NCBI RefSeq assembly: GCF_009914755.1
Contig: NC_060932.1
Length of the DNA stretch: 64,000 bases
Strand: one strand, 5' to 3'
DNA from: the human T2T-CHM13v2.0 reference genome, Homo sapiens
Made by a program: the position numbers and the translations under genes
In this document: positions 49,101-62,284 of the stretch, piece after piece
Layout of the letters: the number at the start of each line of letters is the position of its first letter
How positions within the stretch are numbered: position 1 is the stretch's first letter
The notes under the pieces: model-generated
The model's database searches: none
What the model saw: the letters and a program-made list of their open reading frames with translations, nothing else
Told to the model about the DNA's origin: nothing

Positions 49101-50480
49101 ATTTCACTCTCTCCTGGCCTACAGTTTCTGCGGAGAAACCTCTGTAATCTTATGGTGATAACCTTGTGTGGGATGAGTCAGTTTTCTCTTACTGCTTTCA
49201 AAATTCTCTCTTTGACTTTGATAATTTGGTTATACTGTAACTTGGTGAAGATCTCTTTATGTTTAATCTCTTTGGGGTTCTTTGGAATTCATGGACCTGA
49301 ATGTTCATTTATCCCTCCAGATTTGATGAGTTTTCTGTCATTATTTCATTAAATAAGCTTTCTGCCAATATTTCTTTCTCTGGTCTTTCTGCAATTTCAA
49401 CAATGTGTATATTGGTTCACTTGATGGTGTCCTATAAGTCCTCTAGATTTTCTTTACTGTTTTTCATTCCTTTTTCTTTTTATTCTTCTGATTGGTTAAT
49501 TTCAAATGACCTGTCTTCAAGTTTGCTGATTCTTTCTTCTGCTTAATTAAATCTGCTGTTGAAGCTCTCTATGGAATTTTTCATTTCAGTCATTATGTTC
49601 TTCAGCTCCAGAACTGTTTGGTTCATTTTTTATTGTTTCCATCTTTGTTGAATTTCCCATTTCTTCATGTACTGTTTTCCTGATTTCGTTTAGTTATCTA
49701 TCTCTTTTCTCTTGTAGCTTACTGAGCTTTTTTAAGGTGATTAGTTTGAAATCTTTGTCAAGAAGTTTATAGATATTCATTTCCTTAGGGTCATTTACTG
49801 GTTATTTATTTTGTTCCTTTAGAAGTGTCAAGTTTCCCTGATTATCATTATCTTCATAGTATTGTATTGATGTGTGCACACTTGACGAAGTAGGTACCTA
49901 TTTTAGTCTTTATAGACTGACTTTGACAGGGAGAGCCCTTCTGGGTGGGCCAGCTGCCAGGACCCATGGGTAGGCTTGCTGCAGGAGACCTTAATCTGGC
50001 TAGCCTGGTTTCTGCATCAGTGGGTAGGTGGGCCTGGTGCCTGGGGTTGTGGGGGAAGTCTTTGGGCCATGAGGGCTAGCCTGGAGCATGGGTCCACCAG
50101 GAATGGTGCAGTACTGTGGTGGGCCTGGAGCCACAAGGGGCAGGTTGATGCCACGGTTCACTGTTATGGGCCTAGCGTTTGGGAGCTACAGAAAAGTCAG
50201 GTACTCACTTCATTTTTCTTTTCCCATATGGAAGGTATTTTTCTCCATGCTACACTATGCAGAGTTTGGGGAGAGGTGACATAGATAATGTGAAACTTAC
50301 TTTTCTACTCTCTTCAGTGTGTACTTTCTTATTTCTGTGCTCCATCCAGGTGCAGTAATCTCACCTGGGTTCCTTAGCTCTTGTGAAAGTATTTTCATAT
50401 GTGGACGATTATTCAAATTGACGTTTCTGTGAGAGTGAGTGTTGAAAATGACTATTTTTCCCTCCTGTTGATGTTACTCC
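49101..50480 (-). mobile_element. Old L1M 5' UTR and ORF1
   Basis: ttttctcttactgctttcaaaattctctctttg, atttcaaatgacctgtcttcaagtttgctgattctttcttctgc; 5' end rc ggagtaacatcaaca. Confidence 0.85.
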
Positions 50481-51079
50481 AGTCATTTCTTCTTAAAAAA
50501 TTAAAAGTATAATTAATGCAGAATGAATATTTTTTAATAATAGTATTTAATAAGTATTTCTTTAATGGAAAATATAAACATAGTTTTCTTCCAAATACCC
50601 TTATCAAAAACTTTAACATAAATCTGAAATGCTTTTACTTTTAATATAAGATCTAAATAGTTCTTAAAGTGTTTACATAACAGCATATGAAAATACAAAC
50701 CATCCTTAACTGGCAAGATAAAAGTGCTTTACCAATAATTTCTCTTTTAAAGAAAGTCAATTTCAGCCTATCAAAAGATAAACAAGAAGCCAGTTTGACC
50801 AATATTATTGTTCAGTTTGTCTCTTAAATTGCATCTTATGTGCATAGTGAATAGAGTAATGTGGTTGGATCACATGCTAAATAAGGAATACATTATTAAA
50901 GAAGGGGTATTGCATAGCTAACATGACATCAAGAAAAAAATGTTAAAGAGTAGAATAAAATACCCCTCACCTATTAAAAGGCAGCAGAAGTTTTCTAAAG
51001 GTCTCCTAAGCTTTGTAAGATCTGATTTGACCAAAGACAAATACTCCTACAAACTTATGACTTCAAAACATATGAACAA

Positions 51080-51320
51080 TTACTAATTTTCATATAGTAC
51101 TTGAAAAATTTTCCAGAGTGCTTTCAAACATATTTAATCTTTACAACAAACCTAAGAACTTTGGAGGAGAGGGTCTGTATCTCGTTCATGGTTTGAATTC
51201 AATACATTTTTAATGGATACATGAAAGAAAAGTAAAGTAACTTAGTCAAAACCATCAGTGTGTAAAGAAACTTGGGTTCAGTCTTGGTCTTACGATTCCG
51301 AATTCCTTATTTGGAATTGC
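51080..51320 (-). mobile_element. MIR (diverged)
   Basis: agtgctttcaaacatatttaatctttacaacaaacct..aagtaacttagtcaaa. Confidence 0.5.
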
Positions 51321-51469
51321 ATAACTCTAGCTCTTATTTCGTCTGTAAAGAAATAGTCAAATCTTTGATGCATATGTTTTCAATTTTTCCTTGATTAAAG
51401 AAAAACTTATTTTTCAGGATTCACACCCTCTTTTATCATTTTTAAACAGTGAAGTCAGGTAGTTTGAAA

Positions 51470-51808
51470 TCAAATGTTGGCTGTCTTTTTCAATAAGTGG
51501 AAGATAGTAAATATTTCCAGCTTGTTAGGCTATGTGGCCTCTGTTGCAACTCCTCAACACTGTTGTTTTAGTACAAAAACAATAATAGATAACACGTAAA
51601 TGAATAGGTATGGCTGTGTTCCAATAAAAATTATTTGAATACTAATACGCTGATTTCATGTAATTTCCTTGTGGGTCACCAAATATTATTCTCCTTCTGA
51701 TTTTTAAAAATTACTCTAAAATATAAATGTTATTCTTAGCTTGTGGGCCCAATAAAAATAGGCAGTTGGTTAAATTTGATTCAGAAGGTCTTAATTTGAG
51801 AATTCTTG
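51470..51808 (+). mobile_element. MER58B (hAT-Charlie)
   Basis: agatagtaaatattt, ctctgttgcaact, atggctgtgttccaataaaa, atttcatgtaattt, attcttagcttgtgggcc. Confidence 0.75.
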
Positions 51809-53005
51809 GTTTAAATAATGATAATAATAAAAAGAACTCGACCCCTCTGTACAGTTAATTAAAACATTCAGCCGAATCTTGTGTCAGTGAAAATAATATC
51901 TATTTGAATTTTCTCAGAGGTGTCTTTTTAATGCTGTTTGGTGGTAGGGCATTATTTCGTTTGGAGTGACTGAGTCAGAAAAAGTGACAGGGGATTCATG
52001 GGGTGGGGGGAGAAATGTCAAAGCACACTCTATTTCTGTAATTTGGTGACTTGAAATCAGTTCAGGATTGTGTCAGTATTGAATCTATCCAGGACTTCAG
52101 GAAAGGGAATGCTAAGTCAAACAAAAGAAAAATATTCCTGCTTGAGAACACACAAAGCATATTATTTATTTTAAGACAAAATATTTTTTGTTTGAAAACT
52201 TGTATGTTTATCCTGTCATGTTTACAATCAGAGTCAAGAACAAATCTCAAAACTTATATATGCTCTGGGGAAAGCAGACATAGAGAAATGTGGAATAAAT
52301 TCAAAGAAAAAATTCAGAAGTGCTGCTGAGGGAAAGTTGAAGAAGTAGTAGAAGGAGACATTTCCAAAGCTAGAGACAAGAAGATGAGGCTTAACTGATT
52401 TAGAAAGAGAGGAACTGGCTACCTCCTTGGCTATGTATTGCATTAGTATTGTTAGAAATGCTTATTAAAATGCTGAAGTGCCGCCAGAGCATGACTATAA
52501 AATAATCTGCCATGTTCCATGAGAAATTGCACGAAAAATGGAACTTTAGAATAAGAATATAATCCCTGCATTCATTTATTCAGTTTTTTTGGTGGTTGGA
52601 GGTGAACTGATGAGAGAGTGAGAAAGGTAATGTCAGAATCATTTCATCATTGAAATGATTTTTCATTGATGGCACCATATTTTTCTGACCATTTTAAATG
52701 TGGTTTGGTCCCATTCACTCACTGAAACTCTCAAGGAACACAAATTTCTCTCATTGGTAACTGAAGGAAATGAGGATCTGAAAGATCTCTTCTGATAACT
52801 TAGTTTTCAATAATTTTCTTGGTTCTAGTAGGGACATATGTTTGGATTAGATAACTTGTCATTGTGTTGCTAAGTAAATAAAGAATTTATCTCCACTTGG
52901 ACTGAAAGGATCATGTTCCAGAGAAGACCTTGTGAAACATCCTCATGAGAAACATTTTGTGTGAAAACTAGCAGACACCTCCTGGAAACATTCTTTTGAT
53001 CTCAG

Positions 53006-53112
53006 GGAAAGACTGCCGTTATTCCAATCCACAAATTAGAGCAGGCCAAGCTATATCAAACACTCCTTCTCATTTGACCTCAAACTTTTGTTGTGGTTTT
53101 ACTCAATAGGAG
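53006..53112 (+). other. Candidate non-coding exon A
   Basis: Acceptor ttcttttgatctcag| and donor GAG|GTAAGA. Confidence 0.3.
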
Positions 53113-53307
53113 GTAAGACATGAAAACATGGAGAGACACAAATTCTTTTGAAACACCCAGCAGAGTCTGAGATACTGCTTGCCAAGAACAAAAGTTTATA
53201 TTCTATTTTTGAATGTTTAGTTGTTTCTTGTATATAAAGCCTCTGCTCTTCAGTGTTGAATGGGGAAGTCACATAAACAGTTTATATTTCTCTTCTGTCA
53301 TTTTTAG

Positions 53308-53449
53308 ATGCTTATTTCTGAAGAATGAATGAGGGTGTATTTCCTGTGTGCCTTGTAGGGGTTTCTGTTTCATCTTCCTTCTCATTGACTGGAATATTAG
53401 ACTATGACCTCCTGTTCTTGCCTTTTTAGCACATCCCGCATTTTCTCAG
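53308..53449 (+). other. Candidate non-coding exon B
   Basis: Acceptor tttatatttctcttctgtcatttttag| and perfect donor CAG|GTAAGT; stops in all three frames. Confidence 0.35.
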
Positions 53450-53671
53450 GTAAGTTTTTATGGACCTTTTGTACACCAACTTTGACAAGAGTCCAAAGAG
53501 AAAGATCTTATTTGCAGAGTGTCCTGTTTGGTGCCAAAATGGATACACAGTGGTCTACAGTGACAAAAACACACTGGTTTTTGTCAGCTCTGTCTTTAAT
53601 AGCTTTGAAACATTGGAGAATTCACCAAATACCCTTCAACTTTTTCATTGTAAAATAAGGCGAATTGAACT

Positions 53672-54468
53672 ACATTTCGGTCAGGATAAGGTTAGTTTTG
53701 CTCACACACCTAAAATTTCAGTTGTATTAAATAACAAAGGTTTTCACATGTCTATCATGGGATTGGCAGATCCTGGGTTGGGTAATCACTTAGGGATTCA
53801 GGCTCACTACCTTGTCAAATGCTAAGCAAAGCAACCAATGCATCCTACCCGTATTCAGTTTCAAACCTCTTCCTAAGACCTTGAGTTCATTAAGTACCTT
53901 ATATGCTTCCAGTTTATCTCAAGTAAGGATTTACTGAAGGTTTGCCAGTGAAAAGCACAGACTGCCATCCTGTGGACTCCAAAGAACAGTTTCCTTGCCA
54001 GCCACTGTTTGGTTTGTAAACCAATACTATATATTTTAGTTTGGTACAGAACCCTATTTATAGATACTATTTTCTGTATCCATCAGGTTAGTATGGGTTG
54101 TGCTGTCATAGCCAATAACCTGCATGTAAATGAATGACAAAAACCAAAAAGTATTTCTCACTGAGGACACATTCAATTAAGTGTTGGTTGGATGTTTACA
54201 CATTTCATTTCCTCAAGAATCCAAGCTCAACAAAGTATAGCCACCATGCCAAAATAGTTGGTTACTGTACCAAGGAGCAAAGAGAATCATAGAAGATCTT
54301 GCACCAGCAGCTAAAGACACAGCATAAGAGCATCATATGTCCCTTCTATTCAAGAAATGTCACATATCCCCAAGAAAATGTCACATATACCCAATAACGG
54401 GACTTGCTGCGTGCCCCGAAAGGGGACAACATGCAAACAATTGATAAGAAGCACTGATGACTAACACA
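53672..54468 (-). mobile_element. Old MLT1 (I/J-like): partial LTR, internal remnant and LTR
   Basis: Two same-orientation LTR starts (tcaggataaggttag at ~53681; tgtatccatcaggttag at 54075) with MLT-int-like sequence between. Confidence 0.55.
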
Positions 54469-54478
54469 AGCTAGATAA

Positions 54479-54797
<319 letters not shown>

Positions 54798-55789
54798 TTA
54801 TATTCCTTTCTATGGTCAAATTTCATGATGATATTATTCTTACTATGCTTCAAAGAAATCTTTGGGTGACTGTGCTAGCTAGGCCACAGAAAGATAATCA
54901 TTATGCATGCATGAAACAGTTGAACATTTTGTTTTTTAAAAAATCCCTGGATTTGTAAAGGCTGTGCAAATTTCAGTGCCTGTGAATGAATATCTAACTA
55001 TCACCACAGTGGAAAGTATGCTAACTCTGTTTGCATTCAGCTCACACTTCCCTAGCTACTGCCTTTGTTCCATGGTTTCTCTAGGACAAATGCAGTCAAT
55101 TCCAGTAAAGATTGAAGTCAGGATTGGAAAAGGGCATGACACTCTCAGCTGGTTCTTAGCCAGTGTGTTGGCTAGTGTTGACGGCAGTGAATTTGCTGAC
55201 AGCCAATTTTTTTCACCTACCTCTACTTCTCAGCAATTTTAAGGGAACTGCTGAGGCAGGAGTTATGAACAGAGGCATCTTTGGTGATGCTGCATGGTAT
55301 TTTAAACACACTGATTGATGTGCAACCTGGAAACCACTGAAGCTTTGCTCTGTAAAAGTTTATAAGCCTGTGTATTGATGCAAAAGATGGCTGGTACAAA
55401 GGGTAGCTTGGAGTACTCTCCAGTTCTTTTATGTCTTTGTCCTTACCTTGCAGGAAGTGAGAAAAAAGAAATGTCACATTCTGTGGCCAAATGTACAAAT
55501 GATTTTAGATACAGTTATCAGACTTCAAGTGAAAAAATAAACATTTTTCTCCCACGTGTGGCCCATAGTTTGCAGGCAGAACAACAAAGATAATCACTTT
55601 CAACAGGACAAACTACAGCCTCAGAGTTTGAGGAAAGGAATGACTGAGGTTGGATAGGAGAGTGATTAATGTCCCTGTAGCCGCTAGCCCTTATTCTTTC
55701 TTGGGGTCTGCTTATGAAATCTAACAAATGTTGAGTTTTATAATGAAGTCTTGCAGGAGTTTAGTCTTCTAGACTAGAAATTCTAGAGT

Positions 55790-55935
55790 CATCTTCGACA
55801 GCCTATCTCTGCAATCTTTCAGCTGCAGGACCTCGGGCAGTTATTTAACCTCTCTGTGCCTCAGTTTCCTCATACTTGAACACATTGCTACATGCAAAGC
55901 ACTTAGTCCATAGTAAGCACCTAATCCATGTTAGC
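55790..55935 (+). mobile_element. MIR
   Basis: gacctcgggcagttatttaacctctctgtgcctcagtttcctcat..catagtaagcac. Confidence 0.65.
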
Positions 55936-56579
55936 TTGAGGGTTCAGAATTTATCCATTTCTAAGGAATATGATTATATCCAATATTATTTCTGAATTGT
56001 GACTAAAGAAAAGATTCTCAAAGTGATCAAATACAGATGTTCTTGAAACAGATAATATGTAAGCATTTCCCCCTGCTCCTCCAGGGCTTTCTGCAAAGGT
56101 TTGATTTCAACAATTCTTGGTATACTTCTGTGTTCTAAAAGTCAGAAAGTTTCGTTCACAAAGACTCAAGTTCAGAATTCTCTGCATCTTGGTGTCTTCT
56201 GAGACATGGAAGTTGTGTTTTAAATACTTGTCTCAATCTGTTCTTTTCAACCCCTTTGAGAGAAAAGACTTGTCCATTACTGAAAAGTTGCCCTCAACAG
56301 GAACACAACTCCTCATAATAAAGCCCAAACTGACAGAGAATGTTATCTTAGGCCACTTTCCAGCGCTGATAAAGTCATTCCCTTATTATATTGAAGATAG
56401 CTCTCATTCCAAAGTGTATTCAGTTATTCTATACCCTAGGAATACCCACAGAATTCCAGGGAGAAGAGAAGGCTGGAAAGAAGAAGAATTTGAAGCTAAA
56501 ATCAAGCAAATTATTTTACTCAGAGTTTTGGAAAAAATGTATACGAGAATTCTGTGTGGGCATAACATGTGGGATGTAG

Positions 56580-57020
56580 ACTTGGTAGCTATAATAAAAG
56601 GGGCATAAATAAGATGGAAGTTGTTTTGCTCTCATATTCAAACCTAAGTCATATAGCAGCCTCTCTTCATGAAGCCAGCAGGGGCCCCAGGTCCTTTCAT
56701 CCTCCTGTTCCTCTATCCCTAGGATGTTATCCTCATCTCTACGATAGAAAACGGCTCACCACTAAGTTCACATTCCAGACAGCAGGAAAGGGATAAAACA
56801 AAAAGGGAAGATACCGCCTTCCTTTAATGAGACAGCCCTTTTAGGTAACCTGAACTATTTTTATTCACATCTTATCTCAAAGTGGGGAAGTAATTAGATA
56901 TAGCTACACAGGAACCGCAAATGTCATCTTTACTGTTGGTGGCCATGTACCCAACTAAAAATCAGTGTCATCAGTGGGAGAGAAGAGAGAAGAACAGATA
57001 CTAGAACAAATAGCCTCTTA
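56580..57020 (-). mobile_element. Old MaLR LTR (MLT1J/K/L-like)
   Basis: taaataagatggaagtt, ggggccccaggtcctttcatc, cacattccagacagcagga, gccatgtacccaactaaaaatc. Confidence 0.6.
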
Positions 57021-57654
57021 CTCAGTAGGAGACAGGATGCTAGGTGATAGCCACATGTAAATCTGATACCTGCAGTATTTTATAAATGGTCCCAGGCTTG
57101 TGGATGTCTGTGTACTGTGAATTGGGTAGATGAAAGCTATTCCTGATGTTCTGTGTAATTTTCATCTGAAAAGCTGCCTGATATGTCTGTGCCTGAATCT
57201 GCCCAATTGCAAATTGGGAGCAATCACATTAACCATGAGAGAAGTCTCAGGAGTATTTGTTGGCTTGATGAATCTTAAATCAGAGTTTTTGAATGAATGA
57301 AACATTTTTAAAAACCAATTGAGTTAGTGTTATTCTAAAAAATAGTTTGTCATTGGTTGCATTCAATAGTTAAGAAGTGAGTGTTTTATTCTGCAACAAC
57401 TTTATCCCTTAGAGAGAAGTGGCTGTTTTTATCTTTAAGTCAGATTTCAGACTCAAGAGGACCATTTATTTATTAAATTCAGGAGATGCCTCTCAGGCTA
57501 AAATGGCCACATTGTATCATAGTGTGTATGTGGTAGGTGAAGAAAATTTTTGATGAAAAAGTTGGGTTTGGTTTAAAAAAATGATGGTAGGAGAGCCAGT
57601 AAATCTTTAAAGCCTTAACATTAGGACTATACACATAAGCAACACCGAAACATC

Positions 57655-58180
57655 CCTTCATTCATTTGAAATATATTTGCTGGAACACCTACTGTGTTCT
57701 AGACTAGAAGCTGGGTATATAAGAATAATAAAGACAGACAAGATTCCAGTCCTCAACATTTTGCATGCTACTGGGGGAGATGGGCAATAAGCAAGTAAAC
57801 ACAAAAGGTAATAAAAGATTGTGCTATGAGAATCACTGAACCTGGGAGGCAGAGGTTGCAGTGACCCAAGATTGCGCCACTGCACTCCAGCCTGGGGGAC
57901 AGAGCAAGACTCTGTCTCAAAACAAACAAACAAACAAACAAAAATAAAAAAAAGATTATGCTAAATGATAGAAAATAAATAGTATATTCTGACAGTGAGT
58001 AACAGGGGCTTCTGTTTTAGATGATGTGAGGGAAGTCCTTTCAGGACATTTAAGCAGAAACCAGAGGGAAAAGCTGCAGACATAGAAAGAGACAGGAGAA
58101 GAGAATTTTAGAGAACACAGTTCTGGGGCAGAAAATATGTTGGTCTGTTCAACATAAATGGCAAGGCTAGTAGGAACCAA
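57655..58180 (-). mobile_element. L2a 3' end, interrupted by Alu fragment
   Basis: ttcattcattt..atatttgctg..acacctactgtgt..agacaagattcc..agggaagtcc..gacatttaagcaga. Confidence 0.75.
57827..57949 (+). mobile_element. Heavily 5'-truncated Alu (right-arm 3' half)
   Basis: gagaatcactgaacctgggaggcagaggttgcagtg; TSD aaaagatt(g/a)tgcta at 57813-57826 and 57950-57963. Confidence 0.93.
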
Positions 58181-58679
58181 TATATTTATTTGCTGGATAA
58201 TTTGGGAAAGTCTTGTGGCTTAGAACTATTACTTATGCTTCCTCATGTTCACTGTACCTTCTATTTTTTTTAAAAAAAACCTGTTAAATAATAGAAATTA
58301 AAAGAAATACAAAACACTGAAGTTTGATGGCCAAGTGGGAATATATACAAGCAGAAGCCCCTAGAATAAAGTCTTTCAGAAATGTGTATAGCAAATTACT
58401 GAAATGTAAAGTGCAAAAAATACTAGGACATGATTAATCTTAACCTTATTTAGGAAATCCTGGATGTCGCCAGTCTTTAATTGAGTGATTCTAAAACAGA
58501 TCTCTCTTTAATTTTGAGGACACGTTGTCTCTCCCACATTTAGCTGTGGATATGTTTACTTTGTAATTGGAAAAATTATCCATTCCTAGTTCTGCTGGAC
58601 TTAAGAAGGTTTGTTTTCTCCATCTTGAGTATAGGGCTCTTTTCCAACATGAATCCCTGAGGAGTCGTGCAATTCTATA

Positions 58680-59440
58680 TCTGGAAATCCCATCATGTTG
58701 AGCACATAGCCATGGCGTCAGCCCTTCCGTGTTTTCAATGCATCCCCTTAAAGCACAGATGCTTGAGATATGCCTTGGAATCTTTACCAGCCATTTAGTG
58801 TGCTGACCCGATCCTCAAATATTGAGGACAGCATTTTGAAAATTATATCAAGAAAGTGTGCATTCTCAAATTGACTCAGTAACTTCCCAAATTGCCAAAT
58901 CACCTTTCACCCTAAAATTTTCAAAAGGAAAGCCTTCGGAGTTGATAATAAAATTGGGTTTCTCTCTTTTTTTTTTTTTTTTAAAGATGTTCTCTTTTTG
59001 CCCTTTCGTGATGACCTGCCTAAGACTTGCATACAGTTTGGAATGGAATGCCTGGGCTCAAAGGCTACAGCCCACAGGTCAGCATCTGACATTTTCATGC
59101 ACACCGTGTACAGCTCCCTGTGTGGTGGAATGTGTCATGTCAGAACATGAAGATCTGTGACAAGGCCTGGCAATGGCTTTGACAGAGAAACTTCTCAGAA
59201 AAACTTGCCTGTCTTTTTCTAATGAGGAAATCCCAAAAAGAGAAGCTGAAACTTTCCTGTTGTAGAAGGGTAATAAGTAAGCTGTGGAGAAAATTGGACA
59301 AATGCAGAAATCTATATAAAGCAAGTGTGACTTTTTCCCGGGAGAAGATCTTGCCAGAAAACATGGTGGTCGTATCATATCTGATTGACTGGTGCAAAAC
59401 ATGGACTAGGTAAGAATGGGTACCAGGAATTTCCTAGAGG
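58680..59440 (+). promoter_or_regulatory. Candidate inflammation-responsive promoter/enhancer with TATA box and first-exon donor
   Basis: GGAAATCCC at 58683 and 59226, AGGAATTTCC 59425, TTCTCAGAA 59192, TGACTCA 58872, CGTCA 58716, TATATAAA 59313, TAG|GTAAGA 59409/59410; repeat-free. Confidence 0.4.
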
Positions 59441-59789
59441 ACTTATGGTGGGGCTACAGCTTGACTGCTAAGTCTCCCCGCTGGTTCCTGCTTATGTGCT
59501 TGTAAGGGTCACTCGCAGGGAGAGCCTGGGGCATGCACAGCTTGTTTTCCTCTCCTCCCTTGCTCATGACTATGTTTAGCTCCCAAGCAGGAAGAGGCTG
59601 AATAGCTGTAAGAAAATCTAAGAGATTTGTTTGTATGTCCCTGCCATCAGAGGATGGAGTCTTAGATAATGGGACTACAAAACGACATAATTAATTTTCC
59701 ATCAACTTTTTCCAAGGACTTTCAAATTTATTTTATGTCCTAAATTTATTCACCTTCACTGCCATTCTGTTTTCAGATTTTCTGTCCAA

Positions 59790-60000
59790 TCATGGTACAG
59801 TAGCAAAAGTGCCAAACTTGGACTCAATAAACTAGTTTTATATGATTTGGGGCATGTCATTTTTATCAGTCGTGATATTTTAATGGATAAAATGAGAATC
59901 ATGAAACACACGCCTATGCTATGAGCACCGAGTGGGTATGATTATGAAAGCATTTTGTACATTGTAAAGGGTTAAACATATGTTGGTTATTTATTTGTTT
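59790..60000 (+). mobile_element. MIR
   Basis: catggtacagtagcaaaag..tatgatttggggcatgtcattt..taaaatgagaat..tgaaagcattttgta. Confidence 0.55.
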
Positions 60001-60134
60001 TATTTTGACTTGAGTGAAGAAGGTTTATTCTGGATTATTTATTAAATGCTAGGGGAGATGTAGAAATGAAAGTACCAAAAACAATCAATGCCCCAAGTTT
60101 CTTTAATTGTTGGAAGGGCAGACTATATCTTTAG

Positions 60135-60300
60135 GAAACTATCCTATATACTTTTATGTGCATATATATCACCTGGAGGATTTTCTTAAAATGCAGATTT
60201 TGATTCAGTAAATTTGGTGGAGTCTGAGAGACTGCATTTCTAAAAGCTCCCAGGTGAAGTCTGTAGAGCCAGTCCATACTCTACATTGAGTTGCAATGGA
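60135..60300. mobile_element. MER5A1-like MITE
   Basis: atcacctggaggattttcttaaaatgcagattttgattcagta..ctgcatttctaaaagctcccaggtga. Confidence 0.7.
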
Positions 60301-62284
60301 TGAAAGAGAATGAGGTAAAGCGGAAAGGTAATACAGGTGAAAAGAGTGATCAAGACTGAGCTTTCCTGTCGGTTGTCCCTTTATCTTGAAACCATACTGG
60401 TGAAATGACTACATATAGAATAACAGTTGTTAAGTAATCTTCCTGCTGATATTGTATCTTGATATAGTTTGTTGTTCTTAAGCGAGTGCCATTCTTGGGG
60501 AGTAAATCTAGAGCAAGAGATAGATAGCACTAATTGTGGGCTTGGAACATGACAGCCCTGCCCATGATTTGCTGTAAACATGGTAGGAAACTAGGGAAAT
60601 TCGGTTTGTAAAAGAAGTGTCTGTATTCTGCCAACTGAGGAGTGATCTGACAATGATAAAATCATTAGCCTCTATGACCTTAGCTGTATTTAAAGAGTAT
60701 TCTCTTGGGACACCTAATATAATATGTCTTGATTGGACATTGTGAACTAGCATTCTTATTCACATTTAGAACCAAATGACTTCCTTCTGGCATTTTTACA
60801 GTGATTTGGTAGCCTGCCATGATATTATGCATTGTTCAGAATAATTTTCCATGTTGCTGAGGTTCATTTCCCTGATTTATAGCTATTTGTAAAAGTTGGC
60901 TCTCAAATGTCAAGAAGAAAATAACTTTATAATAAATTACTCCAAACGAAGAGGAGATGCTGAAATTCTTGAAATTCTGCTGTAATTCTGTAAAGGTATA
61001 GGGTTATAATACACAGCTCTTGGTGACTCAATTCTAATGGGCAACTGTTACACTTTAATTTTTATAGATACAGTAGTGTCTCGGCTTTTTGTTAGCTACC
61101 AAAATAACCACATCTGAAAATGTGCTGCTGTGGTTTGTAACAAAGCTACACAGGCATAAACTTTGTTGAGGCACCATTCTCTAAGATTTGCTGCTTACTG
61201 AATCACCCCTCTTGGATTGGCAGCATCTTGATTAAAATGATCAATAGGGGAACAGATAGTGAAATATCTACTAATAATATTAACTGATGAGATCCTTTAG
61301 CTCAATATTTTGAGCTCACTTTGTTGAGTGTATCTCACCTACACAATGAGAATTCTACCCTAGTGTTATGTTTAGTTTATTGTAGAGTTTTAAAAAGCAT
61401 TACTATGGAGAATATAAGAAAACAAAAATACTCAATAGTTTGGTTCTATTATTAATTTCCTGTATCCTTTAAAAGGAATTCTTGAGGCTCTTAGCTGAGT
61501 GTAGCTGAGGTCTGTGAAATGATGCAGTCTATATCCAAGTTGGTAGTTGTTGCTGGCGTGCAAATCTGTTTCACATTCAACCTTAGCCATTATTGCTCTG
61601 TAATGATCCCATCTATGTACTGGGAATTTTAACAGTTATAGTGAATTCTTAGTTTCTCAGTTTCTAATTGCTCAAAAGTCTAATACTGAGTCTTCACCAA
61701 ATATATTTCTCTAGGTTTAGTTTTCTGCACTGAACTGAAGACTGTCTTATGCCTCCAAAATGCACTGCAGAGTGTCTGCCAACAATTGTTCACTAGCTGT
61801 GAATGTTTGTTCCTTTTCAATGCTTCATCTAATTCCAGGTGCCAGTGACTTTGCTACCACTCTAAATGTGGTTAAAAAGAACAACTTTCAAATTGATTGT
61901 AAGTGGAAATAATAGGTCTTTATAATTTGTCTATAATATAAAGGACTCTAGATAAAACCGTTAAATCTCTCCCATGACTTACGTATAAAGTGCTGCTTTC
62001 ATTTCACAAGGAAATTATTGATTTCAATTAGTTCTCTTTATACTAGAAATCATCTGGTATTAATTTAAAAATTTTTGAGATGTCTGTGGAATAAGCAAAT
62101 GAGACAACAAAAAGCTATGTTTTAAAAAATAAAACTTTCTGATATATACAAAATTAATATTCTTTTGGGGAAAATTCAAAATATAGAAAATTATTGCTTA
62201 AGTCCCTGCAAAATTCTATCACCCAGAGATAAACATAGTTAACATTTCTTTTTGTGAGCATTCTCTAGAGATAATGCTTTTTTT

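Noticed and set aside
55441-55450. Strong - strand donor AAG|GTAAGG (similar orphan TTG|GTGAGT at ~3488 and ~11657)
   Set aside because: No convincing nearby acceptor or promoter; the 11657 site lies inside HAL1
56117-56608. Longest ORF in the track (163 aa)
   Set aside because: Non-ATG start, no recognisable domain or splice context, and it runs into an MLT1 LTR; consistent with chance
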